From positions 425,605-489,604 of the forward strand of contig JAAOMT010000197.1 in assembly GCA_016748015.1 (NCBI GenBank): a stretch of 64,000 nt of DNA, read 5' to 3'. Shown here piece after piece: positions 1 through 14,364 of this stretch (within the stretch, counting starts at the first letter, position 1; each line of letters starts with the position of its first letter). A program made the translations under genes and the position numbers. The notes under the pieces were generated by a model. That model was not told the origin of the DNA and did no database searches. It worked only from the letters and a program-made list of their open reading frames with translations. Source of the DNA: Geosiphon pyriformis uo1. Its lineage: Eukaryota > Fungi > Glomeromycota.

Positions 1-1911
1 CCAAAGATGAAAAATAAACAGAAAGAGAGGATGCACCACCAAGAAATTGAACAAAAAGCACAAACCAGGCAGGAACAGGACCACACAAGTCCAACTGATT
101 TTACCACTTGAAGATTTTCTAATCAAAAACAGTCCCACATTGGTCAAGCAGCTGGTCCACGAAGGCAATTCTATAATGCTAAAGTGAAAAAACACACTTA
201 AAATAAGTTGATTTACCAAGAACATAAAACAGGGGTCCCACCCCGACGACAAAAAGCATTAGTCAAGGAGCCACACAAGGACAAATCACTTCCAGAGAAA
301 ATGTGCACCATATTAGCCAGAAAATTATTTAGGGGGTTGACTTTGACATGAACCAGGTACTATAAAGAATGAAATGAATGCCAACAGAGAACTTAAAGAT
401 TATGTGACTGGTAAAAAAATAGATGACCCAAAACACCAGAAGAGTTTGCGAAAAAAATGATCGAGGCTGACTTATTCTCAGCCTGAATCTGCTCAAAAGT
501 CTTCAAACTGTACAAAAAAAGATGATGAATTGCATCACTAAGAAAATCATGTGGCAGGCCAGACTTAGATTTCAAGCTCTTACAAATCAAAGTGTTTCAC
601 TTCTCACAAGTACTAACAGGAACATAACTGAATTGTGTTCTATAATCAATAATAAGAAAAACCAAATACGAAAACTGCTTATCAGATACCACTTTCTTGA
701 GGACCAGATTAGCAAAAAACCAGACATCAGAATGTGTTTTGGCCAAGCTAGGTTTGGAAAGACCCTTAATCGACAGATAGATCCCTAAATAGTGATGTAA
801 TTCTCCTCTTTTGGCAATAGAAATAGGTGACCTGCTGATCAACAAGAAAGGATCTGCAACCTTGCAATTAATAGAAATGGCCACAGTCTTATCATTATTA
901 ATTGAAATATTATTGATATCAAAAAATTTACTAGCAACATTGAGAATGTGCTATGTAATATTTTGACTGCTGCCAACCCATATAGTATTATCAACAAAGG
1001 CACCTGCAGTGAAAAAAGAGAAAAGATCAGCCTGAGATTCAGCATGACCGTCTCCAGAAATAAAGTAAGAATTCAACTTATATCCACACCCATCCACCTG
1101 TTTCTTAACCTCACACAGAAGAGGATCATAAAATATGTACCAAAGGAGCAGTGAAAAAACCTCCCCCTGGTCTAAGCCATTGTGCACTTTGTATCCATCT
1201 GTCAAACCAAAATCTGTCATAATCCTATTAATACGATCATTATGAATACCACCAAAAAACCTAATAAACCTGCTACACATCTTTATCCTAACCAAACTGT
1301 TTTACAGATGCTTCTACCCAACAGAATCATAAGTCTTCCACATGTCCTGCAAGACCAACCAAAGCTCACAACCCTTCTCTAAAGCATTTTCAACCACTAA
1401 ACCAATGGCAAAAATGAGTGACTGCATCATTGTACTCTTTAGAACTGAAAAATTGTCCCCATGCAAAACATCAAAAGTATTACATACCAACGAAATCCTA
1501 TCCAAGAAAATTTTGGAAAGAATCTTACAGGCAGTTTCAATCAAGGCAATAGGTTAGGTGTTCGTAAGAACTCCATCCTATTCATATGGCTTAGGAATTA
1601 TCGAAACTCAAGCTTCTTTCCAAGCACTGGGTACTGATTTGTAGATCAAACAAAAATTCAAAAGCACCAAAAGCATCTCCAAAACTGATTTATTGTAATG
1701 TTTCCAGAATTTATTTGAAATCCCAGAGAGGCCAGCAGCTTTATTCTCGGGAAGATTAGAAACCACACCAAGCAACTCATCAACACCAACAGAACACATC
1801 ACACCAGAAAAGGCATCATTGAAAACATACTCCAGAGACTGGTATTGGCAGGACCATTCATTTGAGATGTCAGACATTACCCTGCGCTTCCTGGTCTAAT
1901 CTTCCATGATT
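1..1911 (-). mobile_element. 5'-truncated non-LTR retrotransposon (LINE) ORF2 fragment, RT region, pseudogenised; continues beyond the left edge of the window
   Basis: Broken minus-strand ORFs carry LINE RT motifs: KAAGLSGISNKFWKH, LVLQDMWKTYDSVG, HNGLDQGEVFS, AGAFVDNTIWVG (decayed FVDD), HHYLGIYLS. Collinear with the LINE at 16.6-24.3 kb. The 5' end abuts a different LINE copy near 1911. Confidence 0.9.
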
Positions 1912-4900
1912 CCAATATTATATTAACAAAAAATTAGAAATTAGAGTGAACTTTAATAATGCTAGACTTAGACAAATTTTCAATTAATAAAAATTTTTAA
2001 GTATCTGTATAATTCTCTTTTCTTAACAATTAAGATTAACATATTACTAATCTTTAAAAATATTGTTTTAATATTTTGATTAATGAGGATAGCTATTGTT
2101 TTTTTATTGTTAATTGAAATATTATTAATTGTAAAAATTTACTGGTATTACAGATAATTATTTGGGGTCTGAAAACAAATAACAAATCCATAACTTGGTG
2201 CTTAATAACTTGATAATATTGGTAATATCTGAAGGTTTTAGTAATCTGAAGGTTTTTATATCTAAAAGTTTTGGGTTGGAGTCTTTTGTATAATAAACAA
2301 AAATTCAATAGTTGTTTTTAGTAGCCTTCTGGAATGATTATTCCATCAAATTTCTTTCTTCAACATGATAGCCAGTTTATTCTGACAGTTATGTTCTTCT
2401 GATAAGCTATTTATTAATTTATAAATTCTATACTCTTATTTCTGGGTCTTTTATTAGGCTATTTTTGATGTCAATTAATCAGTGCTTAATTTTTTAAATC
2501 AGCTAATACATAACAAATAACAAAAGAAATAAAAGAAAATAAAATAAAAAATAAAAAAAATAAGAAAAAAATAAGAATTAATATTCTGTTAATAGCCATA
2601 ATCAAGAGTTATTGTTCCAGTATAGTTAAATATTAGATATTATCAATATGGAGTGTTAATAACAGATAAATAGTGATGATTTTTTTAATCAAATTACAAT
2701 AACATAGATTAGATAATAATATAGATGTTTATTTGATATTGTAATAAATTCACTTTAGTTGATAGTAACTATTTATGAAGTAAACAGTATTTAATAATTA
2801 TGATCTGCAAGTCTAATTGATTAATTTTCTAGCTTTTAATACTCTGCTATATATATATAATTTATGTTATATAAAATTTCTAAAATCTTGCAATTTTTTC
2901 AGAAGAATTCAAGAATTTTGGAATTCTATAATTCTTTTAGAAGAATCCTGGAATTTCTCTGTTATTATGTTTATTTCTAATTGGCTATTTTTTTAACTAT
3001 AATATTCCTAATTTCTATGAGTAATACTGGCTATATTCAAAGTATATTATATAGAAAACTGGCTATTTTTAACCCAAATTATATTATTAACAAAAGTGCT
3101 TACAGCAAAAAATGATGTTAAACTTCTATTATTCTTTATTTTGTCTGTTTTAACAACAAAACTAGTATTGATTTAATATCATTACAAATACATATGTCTC
3201 TTAACTTTGTACAAGAAGAAATTATAAAATTTTTTTAAAAAAAAAATAAAAAAATTTCATTTTAATTTAAACTATTATGTACTTTGTAACTATTTGAAAG
3301 CCCAAAATTAGTCATTATTTTATTGATTTTATCTTTATATATATAGCTAAAAAACTTAACAAACTACTTATATATTTTAATTTGTTGTAAGCTAATTCTT
3401 AAATAATAGTATTTAACTAAATCATAAACTTTGCACATATTTTATAAGACCAATAAAAGTTTCTAATTTTTTTCTAAAGCATCTTTAATTACTAACTTAA
3501 TAGCAAACACAGAAGACTAAATTGAGATATCTTTTAATACAGAAAAATTATTTCCAAAAAAACACCAAACTTGCTATATATAAACAAAATCCAATTAGAA
3601 AAAATCTTAAAAAAAAATTTTCTAGCTATTTTGATTAACACAATAAGTTAAGTATTCATTAAAATGTCTTCTTATTTGTAAGACTTAAGAATCATTAAAA
3701 TTTATGTCCTTTTTTAAAAAACCAAAACACCCATCAAGTAACAAACACAAATTCAATAAATTTAAAGACATTTTATTAAAGCATTATTATTATACTTTTA
3801 CAGCTTATTAGAAATACCAGATAGATTAACAGCTTTACTATCAAGTAAATTATTAACCACCAAATACAGTTTATTTATGCTGATCTTTTTTATTATACCA
3901 AAAAAGGTATTATTATTTATATAAATTAATAAAGCATATTGATATGCTCAAAGCTTAGGCAGCACTAAAAACATAACTTGTTTTCTTGTTTATTTCTCCA
4001 TAATTTTATTAACATTAATCTTTAATTCATTAGATTTAAATATCAAATTTTTTTTAACTACTAAATAATCCAAAATAATTTTACAAAAAGACCATTTCAA
4101 AATACTTTTTATTATATTTTTTTATTAGAACAAAAACTTTCATATGCTTTTTAATTGTCTTTCTAATAAAAACTTTTTTAGTCAATTTTAACTCATAATA
4201 TTTAAACTTTTTATAATTTTTTCTGATTAATAATAAATACTTAATAATATCTATCAATCTTATATTATTCTGAACTATATTCATGATTTTAAAAGTCTTA
4301 CTACTATCTAAGATAGACTACTTATTAATTAGATAAATAAAATTAAACATATTATTCAGACTTGTTTTTTTAATTATCTTAGCTATTAATACTTCCAATT
4401 CAAAAAACTTTAAAAACTGTCTGTTTTTTAAACAATTAAACACACTAAACCAATATTCTAATATCTAAAAAATATTTTATTAGCTGCTTTTATTATTATC
4501 TTTCTTAATATCTCTCACATTATATTCAAATTACCAAAAACTTTTGTATTTAAAAACTTATTCAACATTATCAAAAACTTAACAGAAAAGCATTTCTTGA
4601 ACTGTTTCTACTTGGGACTATTTGTATCTTTAATTTTAAATTTTCATTAATTTTTATTAACTTGTTTATAAATACTATTCAAACAAACATCCAAAAAATC
4701 TTTTAAACCAACTAAAACTATTACAGCATTGTAGTCAGTATTAAAAAAGTTGGACACACTTCTAATGTTTTATTTTATAATAACAAATAACAGATTTTCA
4801 TTTATAAAAATATAATTAATAACTTTCTCTATCCTTCTTAAGTTGTTCTAAGTAAAAACTTTGGCTAAAAAATGACTACTAAAAAAATTAACCAAATTCA

Positions 4901-7400
4901 AATTTATACAAAACTTAAAACTAATACTTTTTTTAAATCTATTCTTATTAAAATTTTTATTTAAAACCACAAATAAACTGGTATTAACTGCTTTAGCAAT
5001 AAAAGAGTTAATTTTTAACATCTGATCAAATTTAGTTTTAACAAAAACACCAGCATACAAACTTAAGATTATAATTAATAATTTATTTTTGAATAAAAGT
5101 CATACTAAAATAATTCAACTAAAGATCTTCTTTACTTTTGAAACATACTAAACCAAAGAATTATTTATAATAATAATCACTTTAGCACCAAAAAAACTCT
5201 TATTCAAATCAAATATAAAAACTCATATCTTTTTAAACTTATTTATAATTCATAATCTAATACTAAACTTTAATTTTGTTTCTGTAATAATTAAAATCAT
5301 ATTATCTGAATTTAAATATCAACAAACAATATTTTTTTGTTTAGCAGAAACATTAATATTTCAAATATTACACACAGCAAACTTTCAAACCAAGTTACTT
5401 ATTGAGAAAAAAGATGTATCAAAGAATTCAAACCAGTATACAACTGATCTAATTTCATTAAAACCAAACCAATAGAAATTTTAAAAGCAATCATTTTTAA
5501 TTTTAAGTTACTCATCTTAGTGGTAAAAATTTTTAAGCTATTTTAACTTAAATTTAAAGTCCTATTTTTTGTTACTAAAAGAAAAAAAAGGGATAACACT
5601 AGTAGAGTATTTAAAATCATGTCTAAATTCAATCTCAAATTTAATGTCATAGATACAACTAAAGAAAAAAGTCAAAAAAAATGCCAAAAGTACCAAATTT
5701 ATATTGCTTAGTTTTTATACAATGTTAGATACTTAATTAGCCAAAAAATCTAAAAAACATTTCAAAAAAACCAAACAAACATTAATAAATGAATTATTTT
5801 AAACAACAAAGAAACTCTTATTAACACATAGAGTATTAAAAAAAAATAAACCAGAACCAGAACCAAAATAAAAACCATTAAAAAAAACAGCAATTAAAAC
5901 TATTTATGCTTATAATTTGTCACCAAAGACAATAAAACATAAAATAAAAACACTTTTTTTTGCATATAATCTGATCAATTAAAGACAATTCTTGTCTGTT
6001 GCAATCTTTTTATAAACATTTAAAGATAACAAAAAAAATACAATTAATACATCATACTTCAAAGTTGAATGCCCAAAATATCCACATTTTTTACATCAAA
6101 CCAAATTTAATCTACTCTAAAAAAGCTTAATATCATCTAAAATTGGCTTTGTACAAAAGACCAATTTTAATTTTTTTCTGATTTGAAGCCAATTATTATA
6201 CAGTAAACTCTATTGCCAATTTTAAATGATCAATTAATAATACAAGTTTTTCAATCAGCCTTTTTTAATAGAATACCAAGATTATGAGCAGTTGTTTTTA
6301 TAAAAAGAGTAAACAAAAATATTTTGAATTAATTTTTAGATATTCAAATATTATGATCTTTTATAGTCTTTACTATACATATTAAATTTTTTTTAATTAA
6401 GAATAACCAGTTAACTGCCAATTAATCTGCTTAAACCAATTTAGCAAATTTTATTACAGTTTTTTACCATAGTTTAATTAGATATAATCAGATTAATACT
6501 ATTTAACCAAACTTAAAAAGAGCTATAACAATTATTTTCTTTAACATATTCATAAAAATTTTTTAATTACAACAGCCTAATTTGAACAAAAACTTTGTTT
6601 TTTAAAATTGTTGTTTACAATAATGTCTTTTTTTTTGGTCAATAATATAGTTTTTTCTATCTTTTCTTTTAATTTAAATATAAATCTAATGATTTTTTCA
6701 AATTTTAAATGAGTAATAACTCCTTTAAAATTATTAATTATTGGGAAAATTTTTTTGATAAGCTGAGTTTTTGTCATTGTTGATTTGCCATTTACTGTTA
6801 AAAAATTAATGTCTAAAGCAAAGAATTTTCTAATAGACACTTCTATTTAAGTTTTTGTAATTTTTAAATTAATTTATTTTTTATTCAAATAAATATTGAG
6901 ATAAAAAAAAAGAAAAACTTTATTATTATCTATGTTATAGTTGAGAAAACCAATTAAAGAATCAAAAACAACACTAGTATTAATTTATTTGGCTTTAAAA
7001 ATATTTATTTTAGAATTAAATTGCTTTTTTTCTTTACTATTTGCTCTATAATTAGTATTATCATTTAAAAAAACCATTTTAAAAGCATTTTTATTTGTAT
7101 TTATTTCAACAAACTGACTAACAATATGCTTAAACTACCAAAACTTAAATTTATCTTATTATCTAAATGTTTTACTTTACCAAAAAAAGCTTTCTGTTTC
7201 TAAGCCAAGCTTTTACTAACAAACTTAAAGCTAAAATTCTGGTTTGTTTTTTTTTAGTTGTAAAACCACTTATAGTAACAACTAATTCAACAACAAAAGA
7301 GTTTGTTTCTTGAAAAATTATAAAATATAAAAACAAAAAAACTTTTTCAAAAAATGCTCTTTGAAGAATTTTAAATATAGGAAAAAAAGAAGTTTTTTTT
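1912..7400 (-). mobile_element. Heavily decayed LINE copy (5' end, ORF1, APE endonuclease, RT), interrupted by a solo LTR
   Basis: Manual translation gives TSFFAVSTFVNNIIWV...LNIA|SKF across the LTR. ORF 6577-6840 matches LINE ORF1 (FALDINFLTVNGKS). The APE start NLV*KFAVCN lies near 5400. The conserved 5' terminus AAAAAACTTCTTT lies near 7395. Confidence 0.8.
2146..3026 (-). mobile_element. Solo LTR, Ty3/gypsy LTR family A
   Basis: Homologous to the LTR at 58509-59399. Termini are TATTACA...GTAATA (decayed TG...CA). A perfect 4-bp TSD CTGG sits at 2142-2145 and 3027-3030. Confidence 0.9.
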
Positions 7401-7959
7401 TTGTTTTTTATATATATTATTTTGAAATTATTAATTATAATTTCTAAATTTAAATTTAATTATTATAAGCTTTTAACTAATTGTTAAATTATTTCTGGAA
7501 TATATGTTATTGTTTTGGATTTTTTTGCATGAGTTTTTATGTTTATTAAGTTGTTTTTAGTGTAATTTAAAATTAATTATTTTTTAAATAATATTTAATT
7601 AAAATTATTAATTTTAAATCCTATGAAATTCAATCTAATAATATTAATATGGTGCAAACTATTATAGTTATTAAACAATTTATATAATTTTAAATTGTAT
7701 TTAGTCTTCCAATTTTAATAATATTAAAAAACTAAACCATAAATATGATATATTAAGTTCTTTTCTTTCACATTTATGATTTAATTTTTTGAACTATATT
7801 ATAATTTATAAAGTTATTAAAGTTTAAAATTAGTTACTTTTATTATTAATTTTTAATTTTTGGATGCTGATCAATCAGATTTTAACCAATCAGCAATTAT
7901 TAAAGTCATGTTATTATGTGATAAATTATCTAAGTATTATCATTTTCAAAAAGGCTTTC

Positions 7960-8400
7960 AATTAATATTAATCTAATTTTTAGATGGCCACTTTTTTATA
8001 AGATATAATATCTTTTGGTCTATGTGTCTTTTACTGCTAATATAGCACTATTAACCATGAATATTCCATTTATACCACCACCATATTTGGTTGTCATTAT
8101 TGGAACAGAAATCCAGATATCAATATTGTTTACATCAAACATCAAAGAAATCATAAAAGTACTATGAACAATTGTTAGAGAATTTGAAAATATCATTTGT
8201 GCTTTATTTGTAACCTTATATTACTATAATGTAGATACTTATTTTGAATTCACAAATAATCTTTTAATGACTATAATGTTGTATTTCAAAAAATTGCTTA
8301 GATCTAAGAGATATACAAAATTCTCTGTAATAAAAATTTTTGGTTAAATTTAATATTTGAATGATGAATTATACTAAAAAGAAATATAATGACTAAAATA
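7960..8400 (-). pseudogene. Possible decayed coding fragment of unknown origin
   Basis: A minus-strand stretch reads KVTNKAQMIFSNSLTIVHSTFMISLMFDVNNIDIWISVPIMTTKYGGGINGIFMVNSAILAVKDT*, with in-frame TAA/TAG stops on either side. It does not resemble the local LINE or gypsy proteins. Confidence 0.25.
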
Positions 8401-9039
8401 CTTATTGTGTATTCAACTGAATCATGATCTAGTTTTAGAATTGGTTTCTTAGACTGTAAAAAAAATTTTGATTGTTAAATATTTTAACAACTTATTACAA
8501 TATGATATATAATAGCTTATCACAATAATCAAAAAACTTATATCAATTGGTGTTAATTTAAGGAAATCAGATTGGAATTAAAAGATCTTTGGCTTTATCT
8601 TAATTGAGAGAACTGAAGTTGTCTTAAAACTTATAATCTTAAATAGCTCTTTTTTGTTAGTGTTGTACATTTTCTAACAAGTTTGTTTTGATATAAAAAA
8701 TGTATGAAACATATTAATTCAAGTAGATAAAACCCAGATTTTTTTGTAAAAGTCTAATAAACTTTTTATTTATAAATAATATATTAAAAACACATATATA
8801 TTAACCAATAAAATTTAATTATATAAATAAAAACATGTAAAGATTATCATTTAAAATTTCAGACTGATCTATATTTTTAATGATTATAAATGATTTGCAT
8901 CATAATAATTGTGTTTCAATTTTAAGTATTTATATTACTATTATTGGCTTATTATAATATAATTTTAAAAACTAATTATTATGTATTGTTTTTTTTAATA
9001 TTTTTTTATTCAGTTTTAATTTGTATAATTTATTTTTAA

Positions 9040-10626
9040 ATGTTTTATAAAAATATAATTCCCAATTGGTTTAAGCTTTCTGTTGATTTCCTTAGTGTTA
9101 TAGTCTTTTCTCCTATTGATTTTTCTTTTTTGGATGTTTTTGAATCTTCAAGTGTTTTGGAGTCTAGTAAGTTCAAGTGTGTTGATAATAGTTTGTTAGA
9201 TATTGTGGCTAATAGTTTTTCTGTTTATATAAATAGATTTTTGGTGGACTTGAGAGGTGCTGGTGCAGTGGTTTTCTTTGAAGATGTGAATTTGGGTTTG
9301 AGAGTTAAAATTTCTGGTCTGCTGTCTTCTACTTTGGCTAAGCTGTAAGCTATTGTATTGGCTCTTGAATGTGTTCCCTCTCTCAGCTCAGTTTGTTTTT
9401 TTATGGACTGTTAGGCTGTCTTGGATGTTTGCAAATCGGAATTGGAGCTGGTACATCCAGATTTTTAGAATCAGTGCTAGGTTGAGCATTGACATATTGT
9501 GAACATTATTAGGAAAAAAATTTGAATATTAGTTGGTGCAAAGTTAAGGGTCATTTAGGTATTTTGGGTAATGAATGTGCTAATGTACTTATTGACACTG
9601 CTTTTCTTTCTTCCTAGCATCTTCCTCTCTTTTTGAAAAAACATTATATTTTGGCTGATGATAGTATTGTTTCTGGTAACTCTAGACATTTTGTTTATGG
9701 AATCTTTTGGTCCATTCATTATGCACACTAAGAGACTAGTTCTGGGTCTGAGGTTTTAAATGGTAGTCTGCACTTGGATGTTAATTGGCCTTGCTTATTC
9801 TCAGTCTGGTATTCTGATTTGCACATGGCTGCTGGTTTCATTAGTAGGCTTATTGCTGGTACTCAAATGTACTTCATAAAAGCTTTGCATTGTTGATTGC
9901 TGGTTGCTATTTGTAAATGCTTTTATGATAAGAGTTACCTCAGTGTATTGTGTTTGTATTGTAATGAGGTTGAAATTTCAGATTATGTTTTCTCTTGTAT
10001 AGTCAATAATTATGTTCATCATTATTTGTTAGATATTCATGTAGCTGTTTGTTGTGTGCTTTCTGGTTTGTTTCTTCCCTTTTCATGTATTTTTCAATTA
10101 TTGTTCTTCTGTGTTTCGAATACTGCAGTATGCATGGCTTTTTGCAAAGATTTTGTTTTTAAAGATTGGCTTTAAAAGACCACATCTGTTTTCAAGAATA
10201 CCAAAATTGCAAGTCAAAAAATTAAGGAATTTGTACATGCCTTTTGTCTTGCTTTTAGGAAGAAGGTATGGTTAGTTTGCACTAAGTACTGGGCTTTTAT
10301 AAAAAAAAATAAGCTGATACCATTTGATAATTTGATTCTGAGATTGGTTTCTGAGTTGTCTTTATCATTTTCTGTTGGTGTGGTAAAATTGTTAGGTATT
10401 AATAAGGTGTTTGGTGTTGTCTTTAGGTTTCATAAATCATGTTTATTTCTTTTAGGTATTAAAAATCCTGTCTCTGTTTATATAAGTGTTTAGTGTTGTC
10501 CTAATTGGCCTAAGTGGCTGATTACATGTAAAAAATACATGATTCACACCTAGTTTAAATTAATTATTTAATGTATTGTACTAGGCCATGTTCAGATCTT
10601 ACTCATTAAATTTAATAAAAAAAAAT
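9040..10626 (+). mobile_element. LINE 3' fragment: RNase H, C-terminal Cys motif, 3' UTR and poly(A)
   Basis: Contains FSVYINRFL..GAGAVVFFED..GLLSSTLAKL*AIVLALECVP (RNase HI), VKGHLGILGNECAN and CLYCNEVEISDYVFSC. Also has the conserved 3' UTR hairpin near 10500 and an A-tail near 10615-10625. Confidence 0.88.
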
Positions 10627-10629
10627 ATA

Positions 10630-11880
10630 TAAAATAGTTTATTTTATTTGTGATTAAACTTTTTATTTTATTGTTTCTTAACTTTAATATGATATAATAA
10701 TACTTTGTTTTCAATTTTATAATTAATTATATTATTTAATAGCTTGTTATTATGTTTTTTATGTCTTATTTTTTGTTGTTTTTGTAATTATTTAATATTT
10801 TGTATTATTTTTTTTTGTTTTTAAAAGTTTTTATTAACTTATATGTTCTTTTAAACAATATTTTATGAAATATTGTTTTAGTAATAATAATTTTTTTATT
10901 ATTATGTAATTAATAAATAAAGCCTAATAATATTATTTAAATATATTAAAATAATAAATTCAATTAATAATATGGTTTTTTTTTATAAATTAACTTAAAT
11001 AATATAAATTATATAGTATTTTATTTTAATGTTTTATATACTAATAGTACTACTTATATAAATAAATTTTTTTTTATGTTTATTATTAATTTTGGCCAGT
11101 AATTTATATAATATATGTTTAAATTATTGAATTAATTTATTTATTTATAAATAATATAATAATAATAATAATAGTTATTTAATTTCAAATTTTTGATTAA
11201 GCTTTTTTAATATTCTATTTATAAAATATGTGTTTTAATTTAATAATAAGTTTTGTAAATATCTATGCTAACAAATTAAGTTTTTATATATAAATTAAGC
11301 TATTAAGATAATATTAATTGTTTTAATAGCTTTAACTTTTGGCTATTTGATAAAATAATTTACTATTACTATAATATATTAATTATTTTTTGTTGTTATT
11401 AATAATAATTAAATTAAATTAATTCTAATTTTATTAAATGACTATTTAATTTTTATTAGTTTTAATAATTTAGTTGTTTTTGTTCTATTTTTTTGTTAAC
11501 ATAAATTACAATCTTTTATATATTAAATTATATTTGTATTTATTTTGAACTAATTGTAATAATTAATTATATGTTAAATAATTGGTGTTTTTTTTAAAAT
11601 AGTCTAAATAAATATTTGAATATATATTAAATAAAATAGTTTTTTTTTATTTGTGATTATAATTCTTAATAAATTATTTGAATTTTGTTAATTTTAATAA
11701 TAAAATATGTAATTTTGAATAAAATAATATCTTAATAATTTTTGGTATTTAATTGGCTTTTCTACTAATATGTTTTTATTTAATTGTAGTGTTTTAAGTA
11801 TTAATTAAGATTTTGTAAAGATAATTGTTTATTGTTTTTATAATAATTAATTGATAATTTTTATGTGTATCTTATTTTTA
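10630..11880 (-). mobile_element. Extremely AT-rich decayed retroelement remnant, possibly a gypsy integrase region
   Basis: Only a faint resemblance near 10750-10790 (reverse complement QKIRHK) to the integrase C-terminal QKERHDN motif seen at 28860. Confidence 0.3.
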
Positions 11881-11899
11881 ATAAATATTAATATTAAAA

Positions 11900-12529
11900 A
11901 AAAAGAACAAAAATAGAAATTATAAAAAAAATTAAAGAAGAAAGTTAGTATTATCAACTATTATAATCAAAAGCAATTAGTCTAAATCTTTAAAAATTTG
12001 TGGTGTTATATGCTAAGAGCATTTGTTCAAGAATAATAATAAGAAACAATAATTAATTGAGTAAAAACACATGATTTCAAAAATCATGTATAAACAGTTT
12101 TTTTGGGTTTTTGTTTGTTTTTTAATATTTTTTTTATTTTTATAATTTAAATATAGATATAAGTAAGAGGTATTAACAAAAAATATATTAGATATAAATC
12201 AAGAAAAAAGCTAATTTTTGTCTATCTGTCTTTTTTTATTTTCTATAATTAGTTTCTTTTATATATTTCTTTTAATTTTACAAGACTGCTTTTAATCATT
12301 TCATTATTGCTAATTATTGCTTGTTATTTCTGTTATTGCTTTGTTTTTCTATATTATTACTAGTTATCCTAAGTTTGATTAGTTTTTTTGTGCTATATTA
12401 TGTTTTCACTTTTGTATTATGTTATCTCAAGTTATTATGTATTATTCTGTGTTTTTTTGTATTATTTTATGTTATTCTATGTTATTATATTTCTTCATAA
12501 CTTGAATTGGTTTTTCTATTCAGATAACA
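11900..12529 (-). mobile_element. Partial LTR, family B, inverted
   Basis: Reverse complement begins TGTTATCTGAATAGAAAAACCAATTCAA, as at 29177 and 31003. It has the ~10-bp U3 tandem repeats and the hairpin + TACTAAC + pyrimidine tract module. The distal end is not recognisable. Confidence 0.8.
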
Positions 12530-13326
12530 CCAAATTCAAAAAATACCAAAAACTTGGCAATTTTAAGAATAATTAAACAAACAGAGCTTGTAAGTTCAAC
12601 CAAAAAAGCAGTTTTCAAAGACTTTTAAAAAGCAAATTTCATGCAAAAGAGCTTTACATTGTTTTTTAATACTGATTTTGTATCTAAAAAACCATGTACA
12701 AACTAAAAAACAGTCTTAATATAAGCTAATTTGATCTTAAAAATAACATTAAGCACTAAAATTAAGGCTATTTATTTAGCAAATCTTTGATAACTAATAA
12801 TAATTTCTCAAATACCATTAATGGCAGCACCAAAAACCAGTAAAGAAAATAATTTAGTTTTTATCTAGTTAGTTCAATTTTCAAAAACAAATAACTCCAC
12901 AAAAGATAGTTGTTTTGCTTTTAAAACCAGTAAAAATCTGTCAAAAAACACCATATTTAACAACATAGCCAATAGTTGATCTTAGTCTATCTTAGATAAT
13001 ATATTAAATAATACAACAAAAATTTTATTTAAGATCTTATTAAAAATCACAAAAAAATTTAATATAACAATAACAAAAATGAGTAACTGCTTTTATTTTT
13101 TTGAATCTTTGGTCTTATTGTCTATTTTTTTTAAAGAAATAATACTAACAGCATTAGATATAAAAGCTATAGAAAAAAAAACCAGTTTGTTAAATAATTT
13201 CTTATTAAAAAATTTTGAGCTCTTAGAGAAGATAAAAACAACACTGAGACTAATTCAAGTGTGTTTTTTTTAAAAAAACTTTGACTAAAAAAAAACTAGC
13301 CAAAAATAAAAAAAATGTTTTAATGG
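12530..13326 (-). mobile_element. Decayed ORF1-like region of a probable second LINE-type repeat; target of the gypsy insertion; continues at 31981-32160
   Basis: 12760-13326 joined to 31985-32160 aligns by eye with the uninterrupted copy at ~48250-49060. Confidence 0.6.
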
Positions 13327-14345
13327 TATTATCTAAATAAAAAAAACCAATTCAAAAAATATTGAAAAAATGTGATTAAAAACGTGATAACTTAGAAAAA
13401 ATGTAATAACACAAAATAATATATAATAATACATAATAACTCAAGATAATGTAATACACAATAATATGAAATAACTAATCATAATATAGAATAACTAATT
13501 ATAATATAAAAAAATAAATCAACAACAAAAATAGTAAGCAATAGCTAATAATAACAAGTAATCAAAAGCAATCTTATAAAACTAAAAATATGTATAAAAA
13601 TAAATAGTTTTAGCAAAAAAAAAAAGACAAACAGACAAATAGAAAAAAAAACCCAATATCTTTTTATTTATATATCTTAAATCTACCTTATTTATATATT
13701 TATATTACCACAAATAAAAAAAATATTCAAAACCAAAAAAAATCATTTATATATAATCTACAAATTCTATGTTTAAAATTGAATTAATTGTTTTCTTATC
13801 TTTGTTTTTGGTCAAAGACTTTTAACATAAAAATAACTTAAACAATAATGACTTAGACTAATTGTTTTTGATCACAGCAATTAATAATACTAATTTTTTT
13901 TTTTTTTTTTTTTTATTTTTTTTTTTTTTTTTTTTTATTTTATTTTATTTTATTTTTATTTTTTTGTGAAGTGGCAATATTGTAAAATTAATTGTCTGAA
14001 AATAGACTTTATGATAACTTGGTAAAAAAGAGAAGTTCTTTTTAAGATTGAATATTAATATTATCTTGTTAGCTTACCAGAAGAAAAAAAAACACCACCA
14101 GATTTTAGCAACTGCACTTAACTAGCTTAAAAAAAATAGTTTATATACTTAAGTTGCAAACAACCAAAACACTTTTCTGTGTCTTATAACCAAAAAACTT
14201 TATGAATAAAACTAGCAAAAATTTTTGGAAATTAATATTACTAATTTATCTTAAGTGTTTATAAAAAAAAATCTTTTAAGTTCTTCTTATCCAAATTTAA
14301 AGCACTAATTATTACCACAATACTCCAATAAGTTTATTCATAATA
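13327..14345 (+). repeat. 5' LTR of the family B gypsy element
   Basis: TATTATCT...TTCATAATA (decayed TG...CA), collinear with 31003-31980, and followed by TTTGGT (PBS-like). Confidence 0.88.
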
Positions 14346-14347
14346 TT

Positions 14348-14364
14348 TGGTATTTTTTGTATAG
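14348..14364 (+). promoter_or_regulatory. Putative primer-binding site
   Basis: TGGT.. starts 2 nt after the 5' LTR end and is complementary to a tRNA CCA end. It is too decayed to assign the tRNA. Confidence 0.55.

Noticed and set aside
13370-13520. CRISPR-like or satellite array
   Set aside because: These are short degenerate ~10-bp tandem motifs in LTR U3 with no unique spacers, in a eukaryotic context.
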